Assembly (NCBI RefSeq): GCF_037042905.1
Contig: NC_087250.1
Coordinates: 24,926,001-24,990,000 of the forward strand
DNA: 64,000 nucleotides
Source of the DNA: Lytechinus pictus
Lineage: Eukaryota
Direction: 5' to 3'
Below are positions 50,276-62,456 of the stretch, piece by piece. The notes under the pieces were generated by a model. The model was given only the letters and a program-made list of their open reading frames with translations. It made no database searches and was not told the origin of the DNA. Position 1 is the first letter of the stretch. The number at the start of each line of letters is the position of its first letter. Both the position numbers and the translations under genes were made by a program.

Positions 50276-51868
50276 CAGTGGCGTAACAGGCGGGGGGCAG
50301 GCTGCCCCCCTGGCGGATTTCACAGGGAAAATAGAAAAGGGAGGGAGAAAGAAAGGGAAAGGGAAATGAAAGGGGAAATTAGGGAGAGGAGGAAAAGGAA
50401 AGGGAAAGGGAACAGAAGACGAAGATTTTTTTTTTATGGAAAAGGAAGGAAAGCGGAAAAAGGAACAAAAGAAGAACATTTGAGAAAGATCAAATCATTC
50501 CGAAATAGGCCTAATAATGCAATAGCATGATGGGAAATAAATTAAAAGATGACAAAATGGCAAACAATAGCGAGAAATTAAGGTAAAATGGAATTAGTCA
50601 AAAGCTGAATTGGAAAACAAAGAAAAGGGACCAGAAAAAAACAACTTGACACGACCGGGCCGGCCGAGGATTGAAAATAAAGAGCGGGAAAAAAGATGGA
50701 CTGCATACAACATTGTGCTATAGGGCCTAAACTTGCTAAATTTTATGCAAATAAGCTACCGGGGCTTTGCCCCAGACCCCACGCAGTAGGGGCTCTTCAT
50801 CTATAACCTTCAAATGGTTCTATAACGCCCCCCTGTAGGGACCCTTCCTACATTAAGCTTTACGTTCAATCACTGGCGTACAGGCGCGCGGGGGGGTCTT
50901 GGTTCCACACCAAAGAGGAGATAAAATAAATTATAGGAGAAAACGTATAATGAACTAAATGGAAACAAATTATATGAAATGTGTTGTTTGTTGAATGTAA
51001 TGTAAAAACCTATCACATAATTAGGATTTAATTTCAATACGCAATTTTTTTCCAGCTCGTTTGGCTCGCTGGCGACTTTTTACAAATTTTCCCACATTGC
51101 TATGTTTTGCCCCCTAAAATGTTTGGTTCATTACGCAAATGGGTTGAATAAATGTGTTGTGTAAAAGCTATATTCTGTTTATACCCGTGATTTGATTAAA
51201 AATAGCGGCAAAGTGCGAGGTTTAAATGGCTTGGTATCAAGTTCCGGGGGCTCCGCTCCGGACCCCAACGAAATAGCACTGCCGTATATGAGTATGGAAG
51301 GGATAGGCCATGGCCCCCAAAAGTTCTACAATCAAGACAAAAAAAATTGAGGAAAGAAAAGCAAAGAAAAAGTGTAGGATATGATTTTATTTACTGAATA
51401 TAATGTCAAAAAATATCCCAAAGTTAGATTCTCATGAAAAGGTGATTTTTTTTTCTCGCTCGCTTCGCTCCCTCGGGACTTATATTAAGCAACTTTTTAG
51501 CACATGTGCCATACCATGCCCCTCGTTTTTTTTTTTTTTACTCTTCACGCTACTGCCGCAAAGAATCCTGTTCACAGTGGCGTACAGACCACAAAAAAAA
51601 GAATGGAAATAGAGAAGAGTGAAATATGATTCTCTGGTTATCATGTCAAAATCCATCAAAAAATTTGTTTTTTGTATTAAAAATATCAAAATATTTGCTC
51701 GCTCGCAACTTTTTTTTTAAAGATAAATTCTACTCGATACGCAATATCTGGTCCTCTCAAAATTGTCGCCTCATGACACCATTACGCCTGTTCATACCAT
51801 GATATGACCGGGAAATTTTTGGCTCTTGCCCCCCCCCCCCCTGGCCACCGACCCCTTTTACGCCGCTG
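50276..51868. mobile_element. hAT-like MITE nested in the foldback element
   Basis: TIR cagtggcgtaa / ttacgccgctg. No TSD match. Its interior resembles 675-850. Confidence 0.55.
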
Positions 51869-53417
51869 CCCCCCCCCCCCCCTCACCATGAATAAGAATT
51901 AAGAATATCTATCCCTCCTTTGTGCTTACCCCTTTTTTTCTATTTCTCTATATGTTATGCATGTATCACCTTTTTCCAAAACCGTGTACAAAAACGTAAA
52001 AAATGACCATATGATTGTGATTTTTAGCATGGTAATTTCCCCGCTTTGAAAACCGTTCCGCGGCCCCTGTGTATGTCATATAATATATCATGCAAGCATA
52101 GTTTAATTTTACTTTGCAATATATTATAATATACAAATTTGTAAATTGACGCCTTCAGCCTGTGCTACAATTGTTATGCGCATGAAAGTACAAAATAATT
52201 GTCGCATTATCGGAGCAATTTAGGGCGGAGCCATTTTCGGCGGAGCAGTTGTCGGCGGAGCAAATATTGACGGAGCAGATGTCGGCGGAGCAGATATCGG
52301 CGGAGCAATTTATGGCGGAGCAGATGTCGGCGGAGCAATTATCGGCGGAGCAATTGTCGTATAATCGGTGCAGATGTCGGTGGAGCAAATATCGGCGGAG
52401 CAATTGTCGCGGAGCAATTGTCGTATAATCGGAGCAGATGTCGGCGGAGCAATTATCGGCGGAGCAATTGTCGATGGAGCAATTTTCGGCGGAGCAAGTG
52501 TCGACGGAGCAAATATCGGCGGAGCAAATATCGGTGGAGCAAATATCGGCGGAGCAAGTGTCGACGGAGCAAATATCGGCGGAGCAAGTGTCGACGGAGC
52601 AACTGTCGGCGGAGCAACTGTCCGGAGCAATTGTCGGCGGAGCAGTTGTCGTATTTTGCGTAGCAATTGTCGGCGGAGCAGATGTCGGCGGAGCAATTGT
52701 CGGGTCACCATCTTCGCCAGCCAACTTAGATTTTACTTTAGATTATTATCACAATTTCAAGAGACGTAAGATTAATATTTATTTATGTTTTGTTTATGAC
52801 TGTCATTTCCTGTAATAAAAAAGGAAATCAAGTTTAAATTAATTTTTTTTTTCATTGTTATTTGTTGCAGTATCATAACAATATTTATGTTGATTTACAA
52901 GAATAATGCTAAGAAGTAACCATTAGGACTACCCCTTCAGAGAAACAAAAAAAAAAAATGTTCGAGCGGCCGATCGGGGAAAATATGGCTGAAAACAAAT
53001 CCGCCCCCCCCCCCCCTAATGGCGAAGGATGCGAAGGATGGATCCGCCCTTGATAAGGCGTACAATGTATGAATGATAATGTAACATTTGCATTAATAAC
53101 CACTATCAGTCATTCGAGATCAAAAGGGAATTTAATTACCGAGGAAAAGGATATGTCTTAAGGGAAGATTTGAAGCCAAGAATACTGGAAGCATTTCTTA
53201 TTGGAAGAGGGATTGCATTCCAAGTCTTGACAGCTGATACAGCAAAACGTTTTTTTGGCAGAATTGTAGCGATGATTTAGAATCCCTCCTGTAGACTATA
53301 CTTCACACACTTCTGTTTTATTCGTCATGGATACGAGAGCCCACCAGCATAAGTCTGCATCCGATCAGTTTAGTAATGTTCAGACTTAGGGGGCGTTGGA
53401 AGAAAGTATTTGCGATC

Positions 53418-53816
53418 AATTGCCAATTTGTCTACTACCAACTCGTCCACCCACCACATGGTCTACTTTCATTTAGGCCAATGCCATTCCCTCCATCAAC
53501 ATTTCATCTAACAACCATTTGGTCCAAATTAACCATTTGGTCCAATCATCACTTCGTGTATGACCATTCGTCTCATAACCAGTTAGTCTAATATCCATTT
53601 CATTCTCTTTCATTCTGCAACATTTGATGTTTAGTCCAATTAGAACCAATGGTATATTGACTAAATGGCTATTGGACCAACTTGCTAATAGATGGAATGT
53701 CAGTAGACTAAATGAAAGTAGACCATGTAGTGAGTGGACGAACTGATGGTAGACCAAATGATAGTAGTCGAGTTGGCAATTGGACGAATAGGCATTAGAC
53801 GAATTGGAAATAAACC
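53418..53816. mobile_element. Palindromic MITE (tcgtcta/tagacga sub-repeats); relatives at ~32750-33420 and ~39865-40200
   Basis: Imperfect inverted arms catggtctactttcatttag / ctaaatgaaagtagaccatg. Confidence 0.7.
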
Positions 53817-55739
53817 GATTTAGGACCGAAATAGACATGCAAATGATAAAGTTTCTTGCAACGCCCTGTTAGACTAGGCCAACTATTGATTTATACGCAG
53901 AACAAATAGTTATTTTTCTGTTCATCATTTTCATTTATTATTCAATTCACTTCAATTCAATCTTTATATCACAAATAAGATTAAAACGTACAAGGGCTGG
54001 CTGCATTAAATAAATTTAAGTGTTTGGCTTTCTACCAGGTTATAAAAAAACATACTGAATTGTAACATTCATTTACTTAACTTTTCAATTAAACTGGATT
54101 CGTGTCAGTTACACGTAATATTCATTTCAGTTTTTAGTATACGGTATTAGAGGTTCTTTGCTCAGGATATACACAATCAATTGAACACAAATGTAATGTT
54201 GAATATAGCGCTGGAATAACATGGTAACATGCAATAGTCAATTTCAGTTTTGTATTAGAAGTTATACAAGATCAGCTGCATTAAGTGGGTTATTTTTTTT
54301 TAAACCCAACTATAGATCTCCGAACCTACTTTCCTTTAAACTTACAAGCGGAATTATATCCCCTATATAGTAAAAAATGAATAGGCATATGACATATACA
54401 AACTTTTATAGTTTTCTATAGCATCGTTATTAACACATACCTTTCTCCATTATGGAGTAACGAAGCAATGACGTCAGTTGCCATGGTGTCATGGCGGCAA
54501 GGCTCTAAACATAATTATGAACCCGACGACTGGAAGCGTGTGTTTCTCATAGCAGAAAATGGCTGCTATCGGAATTTGAACGCTTGCAGTCTATTTTTCA
54601 GACAAGCCAAAGTCATACAAATGTCATGAATGTGTACAGACGATCGTCAGCTGCGACTCTGTTTAGAACCAGCACTACATGACACCATGGAAATTGACGT
54701 TACACTTCGGTACTCTATAAACCAACTGGTTTTCTTTTTTTCATCGTGGCAGATTTTGTTAAAATATAGTGGAAACAACAAAAGTCTAGTACGCAAAGAA
54801 AAATTCACACGTTGGTCATGACTATTATCATAATAAATCTTGTAATTCATAATGATATCCCAGAAAACCAATACGATTTGATTATTAAGTCTATGATACA
54901 TTACAACTTATGTGAAATATATCCACATCAAACATGCATGTCAAACATTGATGAAAGTCTCTTGACAGATAGAGCCTAAAGCTCTACCAATAACATGAAT
55001 AAGGCTGTTGCCATTCATACCTAGTTGCATTTTACACCAAAACACCCCTACATACAGTAATATACTTACTGTACAAAATGTATCTTATAGTTTCAACATG
55101 TTAAAATAATGTGCTAGATCAATGTAGCTTTTATTTCACCTATTTTATTTCTCACAAGCCCCCCCCCAAAAAAAAAAAAAAAAAAAAATACAACATGTAA
55201 ACAATCATCAAATACCGTGAGACCATGCATGGTGAGACTGTTGAAACCCTATGAAGGCCTACTCTTTTTTATTTATTTATTTACACATTTCCACGAGTTG
55301 AACATTTTTTTCATTGAAGTTTTAGTTTACAGTCAAATAGTAATAACAATGTTACAATCAATGTTAATGCAACATTTGAAATGCATGGAAGTGTGAAAAC
55401 AAAATATACGTTTTCTCAAAACGTTAAACACTTTGTACAATAAAAAAGATGTAAATGATGACATTCGGAACGGTTTTACTCAAGTAGCATCACGTCTTGA
55501 AGCCTTGTCAATATTTGGTAACATTCAATTATAATAAAAAGAAGTATATGAAACAGATACTAAATGTACACAGGCCTAAGGTCTGTGTGGTAACAAACGG
55601 CTACGTTTAGAATATTACAAAATGGTTCCTCAACAGTTCATAGAACAACACCACTTCATCACTTCATTAGGCAAACCCAAAAGGTATACTAAATACGTTA
55701 CAGTCAGTGTTCTTTCAGAGAAGATCAGCGGCCAACCGT

Positions 55740-57870
55740 ATTCATCCAGCTACTACGGAAATATGTTTAAAGAAAAACAAAATATTATCTGAATTTCGAT
55801 GAATACCATAACTGCTATTCACATTTATACTAATGATCTTGGGCACATAAGAAAAGGAATAAAAAGCAAAAAGGGAAAAGACAAAAAAATGCTGGAAAGG
55901 TTTATGTTATCATAACAATCATTGAAAACAAACTCTTTATACAATATTCTTTTGCATGCCGTGCAACTGTCATGGCTGAAATTTTTGTGATAAGCCACAA
56001 CTGCATAGGACAATCGGCCTCGCTCCCGTTAATAAACCTCATTGTTATTTCGATTTTTTACACCTAAATACTGGAATTCTGTTTAATTTTTCAAGTAAAT
56101 AAAATTTCCTTGAATAATAATTGCCATACATTATGTTATCGACAAACATGTAATTACAATGTATACCATGGTTGATAAAACGTCTTAAATTAATCATGAA
56201 AGATTAATTATTCATTATGACTCGCTTTCATTATGATTCTTATTTCTCTTTCTGTATCAAGCCTTTTTTAAATAAAAATGTTTCTCGATTTATACATGTA
56301 CAAAACATTCATCTGTTATCGAGATACTTTCATACAACACACATGACATAGGAAACGAGAATGCCTAATATACAAAATATATAGAGAAAGTAAATCAAGA
56401 TATTGATTAAATTAGTTTTGTTCGCTAAGATACTTAAGCATAAAAGTCTGCTTAAATTATGGATTCGAAATGCGGTACTTTCTAGCATCGAATTTACTGC
56501 ACATATCTTATACATGTTAACAGGGCCATGCTAAAAACACGTATGAATATGCTTTTTATGAGAGGCCATGTATTCATAATGTGAAACATTTAGGCCAGTG
56601 TAATGATATCATACAAATAAAAGCACTGTTGGCCTATATATCAAATATTTACATTTTCACACATTAAAATGAATATGCATTTCAGGCTTATCAGCTTCAT
56701 CACGTTCAACGTGGATATTTTTTTGTAAGTATTGCAAGTGACTTTTTTTCAAAATATTTAAACTTTGCGAGAATTGACAGACTTTGACTCCAAAGATATC
56801 CAGAGCCATTAACAACGGAAATTTAAACACAGTATAGTCATTATGAATATTGATTCAAGTATGGCCTTTTACTCAGTGGCCAAGTGAATTCATCCACCTC
56901 TACGAAAAATATGTGTAATGAGAAAACAAAACATTTAAATCTGAATAACTGCTGTACATATTAATGCTCTTAGGAGCTCAAAAGAAAAGGCATAAAAAGC
57001 AACAACAAAAAAAAGCTGGAAAGGTTTATGTCATCATAATATTGAAAACAAACGCTTTATACAATATTATTTTGCATTCCCTGCGACTCTCATGACTGAA
57101 AGTTTTGCGATAAGTCACAATTGCATATGGATATAGGCCTCCTTCCTGTTCACAAACATTATTGTTATCGTGGAGCGTTGTGGCCCAGTGGATTGGTCTC
57201 CGGACTTTGAAACAGAGGGTCATGGGTTTGAATCCCAACCATGGCGTAATTTCCTTCGGCAAGGAATTTATCCACATTGTGCTGCACTCGACCCAGGTGA
57301 GGTGAATTGGTACCCGGTAGGATTTATTCCTTGAACGCTTTATAGCGCATATTAATATGGCGGCTTAGCTACAGCCGGGGTAATAATATGATACCAAGTA
57401 TCAAAGCGCAGTTGAGTATATACACATATTAAACTGCGCTATATAAATGGACATATTATTATTATAACTATTATTTCGATTTTTTACACCTAAATACTGG
57501 AATTCTGTTCATTTTTGAAGTAAATAAAATGTCTATGAATAATAATTGCCATACATTATGTTATCGACAAACATGTTATTGCAATGTATACCATGGTTGA
57601 TGAAACGTCTTAAAATATAATCATGAAAGATTATATTATTCATTATGACTCGCTTTCATTATGATTCTTATTTCTCTTTCTGTATCAAGCCTTTTATCAA
57701 TAAAAATGTTTCTAGATTTATACATGTACAAAACATTCATCTGTTACCGAGATACATTCATACGACATACATGACATAGGAAACATGAATACCTAATATA
57801 CAAAATATATAGAGAAAGTAAATCAAGATATTGATTAAAGTAGTTTTGTTCGCTAAGATACTTAAGCCTA
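55740..57870 (+). repeat. Local direct duplication (~55740-56440 vs ~56890-57870)
   Basis: ttatttcgatttttttacacctaaatactggaattctg...gttcgctaagatacttaagc occurs twice. Confidence 0.9.
57170..57463 (+). mobile_element. tRNA-derived SINE, family A-related
   Basis: Same tRNA-like head. Absent from the paralogous segment at ~56040 (empty site). Confidence 0.88.
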
Positions 57871-59423
57871 TACATGTATTACTGTTTATAATGTTTTCTG
57901 TCTAAAGGATTGAAAATTATTTTATTTCATAGCATCTAAGTTACTGCATAATATATATAATGTCAACAGAACCATGTTGAAATCGTATCTAATCTGAATG
58001 TTATGACGCCTAAATGTATTCCTAATAAAAAGATAAATAGATAATGTTACATCCGGGTAGTATTCACAGCATTGTACACAAATCGGAGCTCATGGTCCAT
58101 GACTTGTCAATCAAAATATGAGAAGGAAAATATAGCCTATATGTTGTTTTCTTTCCTTTCAACATTTTATTTACTCAACATTAAAAACAAAACCACAACC
58201 AAGAAATACATAAACATGTAGGTGACTTTGCTATCATGTATCATTCATATGGGAGCAAAATGATGGTATACCTTTTTTTGTAAAAATTAATATACATTTA
58301 CATTAAAAGGAATATAGTACCGACATTTATACATGTACATGTGTTACATAAAAAAAGATAAAATGCAAACTTATATGAACCAGTGATGAATTGATATAAT
58401 TTGCAGTATAAGAGCCTACACATAATTCATTCATCGGAAACAATGAGGAAAGTTAATTTAATAGGGTCTATAAATAATACATACATGGCAGTTCTAACAT
58501 TGCAAACATATCTAAGTTCAAGGGTCCCGATTTTCAACACAACTCTCCGTCGGCCCTACTCGAATCACTTAATACTAACACACAAGTAAATGTTGTTCTT
58601 TTTCTATACAAGTGTATGCTATAAACACTTAGGCCTATCAAAACAGCTGGATTTTAATGGTTAAAATGATAGTCATAATAAATAAAGGTATTTATATGGC
58701 GATGTCTATACTATCTACAAACAATATTATTCAGAGGAACATTGCCATGACAATTATAACATAGTGCTCGTATACAGAACTAAACTTATGAAATTTTCAA
58801 TATATGGATATAAGATTTAATAAATTGAATCTTATTTTGGTAATATTGATTGTCGAATCTCGATTATTTGTTTCCATAAAATAGATGATATAAATATGTT
58901 TTTAAAATCGAATATCATAGAACATAGTCTACATTTTGATTTTGTATGAGGTTAAACGTCCAAGCGACAACTATTAACCTTTGGAAAAGAAAATGAACTC
59001 TCTATAACTTTGCAAGGAGATCCAATAATAAATATATGAACAGATCGTGCCGATCGATACATGAATATATAACAAAACGCGAATGTAATACATTTGTCCA
59101 GTGAGCTGTTTTATCATAGATTTTCTTAAAATGAATAAGTGTACAGTGATTGTTTAATTTACGCTTAAGAAAAATATGGTGTTAAAATATAACAGCCAAA
59201 AATGTAGATATAAAATAGATAGACACGTCACACAACAAGGAGAGAATTTAAAATGTTTAATTCAAATCCAATTGTAATTCTTAACTTATATACAATAAAT
59301 GCCTATATACTATAATCAAAGAGTCTATATTGATATAGAGCTAATGCGGTACATTTTGGTGATACAGACCTATTAAAAAAATGTTTCTTCGTCGACGACA
59401 AGATGTGAGAAAAGGGCCTGAGA

Positions 59424-61708
59424 CTAACTTTTGACAAAGAGAATTTCAGCTTCATGTCTTAACCGTGCAGCCTCAAGTGCAAATTGGAGTTTCTCAACCT
59501 GCTCACTGGGTCGGACACGCCGTCTCCAGTCTTCAATCATCTCCCTAAGACCTGATCTTGAGACAGTCCTGGCCGAAGAGTCAGCTCTGACCAAGTATTT
59601 CTCCACCGTTGAATAGGAGAAACCGAGTTTGTAACCAAGCTTACTTGCTTCATTTATTCCACAAACTATATCAGTCAGTACCTGTATCATGCTGTTTGAA
59701 ACGAACTTCATTCGGCCTCCACTGAAATAAGGAGTAATGAAAGTGAATTGAAGAAATTAATTAGAAAAAAAAATACAGTCTGAGTTGAGCCAAGCAAAAG
59801 TAGATGCATCAAAATACTGATTTCATTTGAAGAAAAAAAAATCCTTTACATTCAACGTAAATTTTCACCATTATCATCTGATATCCTGATCTAATAGGCC
59901 CCACGTTAAAAATATGTAAATATCATAACATCCAAATAAAAAAACGAATACTCTGAGAATTAGATAGATCGAAAGGAAAATGTGTCAAATTTGGGACCAT
60001 GTTATATTGTTTTATTGTTCTAAATTTGTTAAACGGTGGGCAATTAAGCATTTTGTACCAGAATCCTTTTGCAGATAAAGTTTTTTTTTTATACCGGTGG
60101 TCTATTAATTGAATTTATTGAAACTCATTGTAGTCTTCACAACTGGAATTTATTTTTGAACCATGCGATCTGCTCCTCAGGTAAAATAAGCCCAACCACA
60201 CAATTTTGAAGCAGCACAAAATTGAAATGCTGGGGATATTTACCATTCAGTTCTATAAATAAAAAAAGTAATCATAAAATCAATGAAATAAAATAACAAT
60301 CGATCATTTTGTGTATATATTTTCACCTCAGGTTGTCATTTAATTGCATTAAAATGTCATATTTTAAAAACTGAATTTACGTTTTTTTTCATCACGATGC
60401 ATTATTTAACATTTTTTTTTAAAGATAATTCATAAGTTTATGTCTGAATCGGGTTTTTAGATTTCCCTATATTTGTTTAAATGTTTGCATTTGTAACAAT
60501 ATTTAAAAAATGACTTGATAAAATCATAGGCGGCGGAAGCGGGGGGGGGGGGACAGGTCCCCCTAAAATTGAGGTGGGGGACGTTCCCCCCTAAATTTTT
60601 TGTTGATAACCTTTTTTTTTTTGTCAATTTTTTTTTTTACCTGTGTCCATCCAACAAAATTCAGGTGGACCCCTCTAAATTTTGTGGCTTCCGCCGCCAG
60701 TGGATAAAGTTATCTTTTGTTATGTTGAAATTTTTATATTCTCATACCTTTGAGCTTTGTCGTAGTCAGGTTCCACTGTTTAAAAAAAAAAAAAAAAAAA
60801 AAAAAACATATTATGTCATTTGAGTACTTTTGAACTTTTGAACGCACTGAAATATTTATTCTTTTATCAAAATATGTATTCCAAAGATGATTCGGGTTTT
60901 TTTCCGTTAAATCAAGAGCATGTCGTAAGATATATTATAAGCATCCTTTTTATACGTGATATCATGTATAATATAGAATGGAAATCAATGTGAATGTTTG
61001 GTTAATCTCATATTCAAACTATGATTGCAACTACTTCTTGCTTGTGAATTTATAAAATTGGTGTATTCGTTGGGGGTTTTTTATTCAAAGATATTCTGAT
61101 CGTGTTTTTTTTCCACAAACCTTCTTTGGAGATTTCAATCTCTTGTTCTGCAAGTACGGATGGGCCTTGCTCAATGCAAACACGAACACGCTTATCATCG
61201 TTTGAGGGCGGCAGACTTATGTCTATAGTATTCCAACCTCCAGATAGTAGGCAATGCACATGAACCTTTATGAAGAAATAGGAGATAGACAATGGATTTG
61301 AGTAATTTTCATGAACTGCTTTCGATGCAACCTATTTGTAACATCTGTCATCTTCGTCGAACATATTTTGGTGCGTGATGATTTTTTTTTGTCAGCATCA
61401 TTCTGAATAGATATTAAAACAAGCGATTCTAAGCTGGATGGTAAGGGCATTTTATTACCTTCTGAAAATGTATTTGGTAAATTTGGGTCACAATTATTTT
61501 CAATAAAGTATAGATATGCGACATGACATCAAAGAGCCTGGATGACATTAAGAAAAGTTCTTCAGATCCTTACAGTTTCTTGAGTCTTCTCCGAGCCAGT
61601 GAGACACGAAAGCTTGATGTTATCTTCAGCAGATTCCAGACAAAATTTGAATACAGTCGTGACTTCGTAGAATGGTTCCGACAAGCTGTAATTCTGTCCT
61701 TTCACACC
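59424..61708 (-). CDS. Last four exons (UPA-like end plus C-terminal death domain) of the adjacent tandem paralog
   Basis: Exons 61708-61574 (0-0), 61265-61121 (0-1), 60775-60748 (1-2) and 59721-59424 (2-stop). The terminal exon EASKLGYKLGFSYSTVEKYL...LREMIEDWRRRVRPSEQVEKLQFALEAARLRHEAEIL* is a death domain. Its phase-0 start matches the exon 17 donor. Confidence 0.8.
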
Positions 61709-61841
61709 CTGGAAAGAAACGTTGGTAAATATCGAGATGTCATGTGAATCACTATTTGGATAGAATGTCTGCATTTTCTTTCTAAAGTAAGACGCATTTA
61801 TTGCATGAATCAATATGTAAACACACGCACAAACACACCCT

Positions 61842-61933
61842 TGAGAAGAAAATCTGATTTTGTAATAATATTTAAGAAGGAAAACTTCTCAAAGACGCTC
61901 TGAAGTACCTCAAAATTTGACTACGTAGCAGTA
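61842..61933. repeat. Inverted repeat partner of 6089-6180
   Basis: Same alignment as for 6089-6180. Both lie in the intron between exon 17 and exon 18. Confidence 0.92.
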
Positions 61934-61934
61934 A

Positions 61935-61995
61935 ATATATATATATATATATATATCTATACCAATATATATATATATATATATATATATCTATA

Positions 61996-62046
<51 letters not shown>

Positions 62047-62069
62047 ACCAATATATATATATATCTATA

Positions 62070-62115
<46 letters not shown>
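61935..62115. repeat. (TA)n microsatellite interrupted by tctatacca units; other (TA)n tracts at 11242-11308, 12298-12349, 38113-38196 and 39159-39210
   Basis: Seen directly in the sequence. Confidence 0.95.
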
Positions 62116-62116
<1 letters not shown>

Positions 62117-62173
62117 TTCGGGAATACTATCCTTGTATAGAGTGCTCAATGTCCTTCACAGGAAGAGCTTTGA

Positions 62174-62370
62174 ATAATAAACACAAGTTCACAAGGTTGA
62201 CTGGAGGTTCATCAAATTTAATTGCAACTCTGAGTTTCACGCAACCTACGTGAGGTGCGATCGTCAGGCAAGTTGCCTGACGATCGCACCTCACGTAGGT
62301 TGCGTGAAACTCAGAGTTGCAATTAAATTTGATGAACCTCCAGTCAACCTTGTGAACTTGTGTTTATTAT
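62174..62370. repeat. Perfect palindrome, 98-bp arms, 1-nt spacer (inverted end of a Penelope-like element)
   Basis: Centre ...cgatcgtcaggcaa-g-ttgcctgacgatcg... at 62272. Flanked by (TA)n. Confidence 0.93.
62271..62324 (+). ncRNA. Minimal type-I hammerhead ribozyme (mirrored on the minus strand by the palindrome)
   Basis: AGTTGC-CTGACGA-T-CGCACCT-CACGT-AGGTTGCG-T-GAAA-CTCAGAG-TT-GCAATT: intact CUGANGA and GAAA core, stems I-III, GUU cleavage triplet. Confidence 0.7.
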
Positions 62371-62456
62371 ATATATATATATATATATACATCTTGGTTT
62401 TCCACGTATTGGCAATAATAATAATAAGACATCAGAAATGCGAAACAAATTCACGA

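Larger units (their letters stand above)
46817..52709 (+). mobile_element. Foldback Mutator-like (MULE, Phantom-type) transposon, 5.9 kb
   Basis: Perfect 9-bp TSD atcttcgcc (46808-46816 and 52710-52718). GG...CC ends. Inverted arms built of 15-bp tandem units ttgctccgccgacaa (46817-47150 and 52200-52709). Confidence 0.9.

Noticed and set aside
52155..52815. Pentapeptide-like ORFs on both strands
   Set aside because: Right arm of the same foldback element.
61268..61450. 60-aa ORF as an additional exon
   Set aside because: The chain 61574->61265 is already phase-consistent and mirrors module 1. I found no convincing donor.
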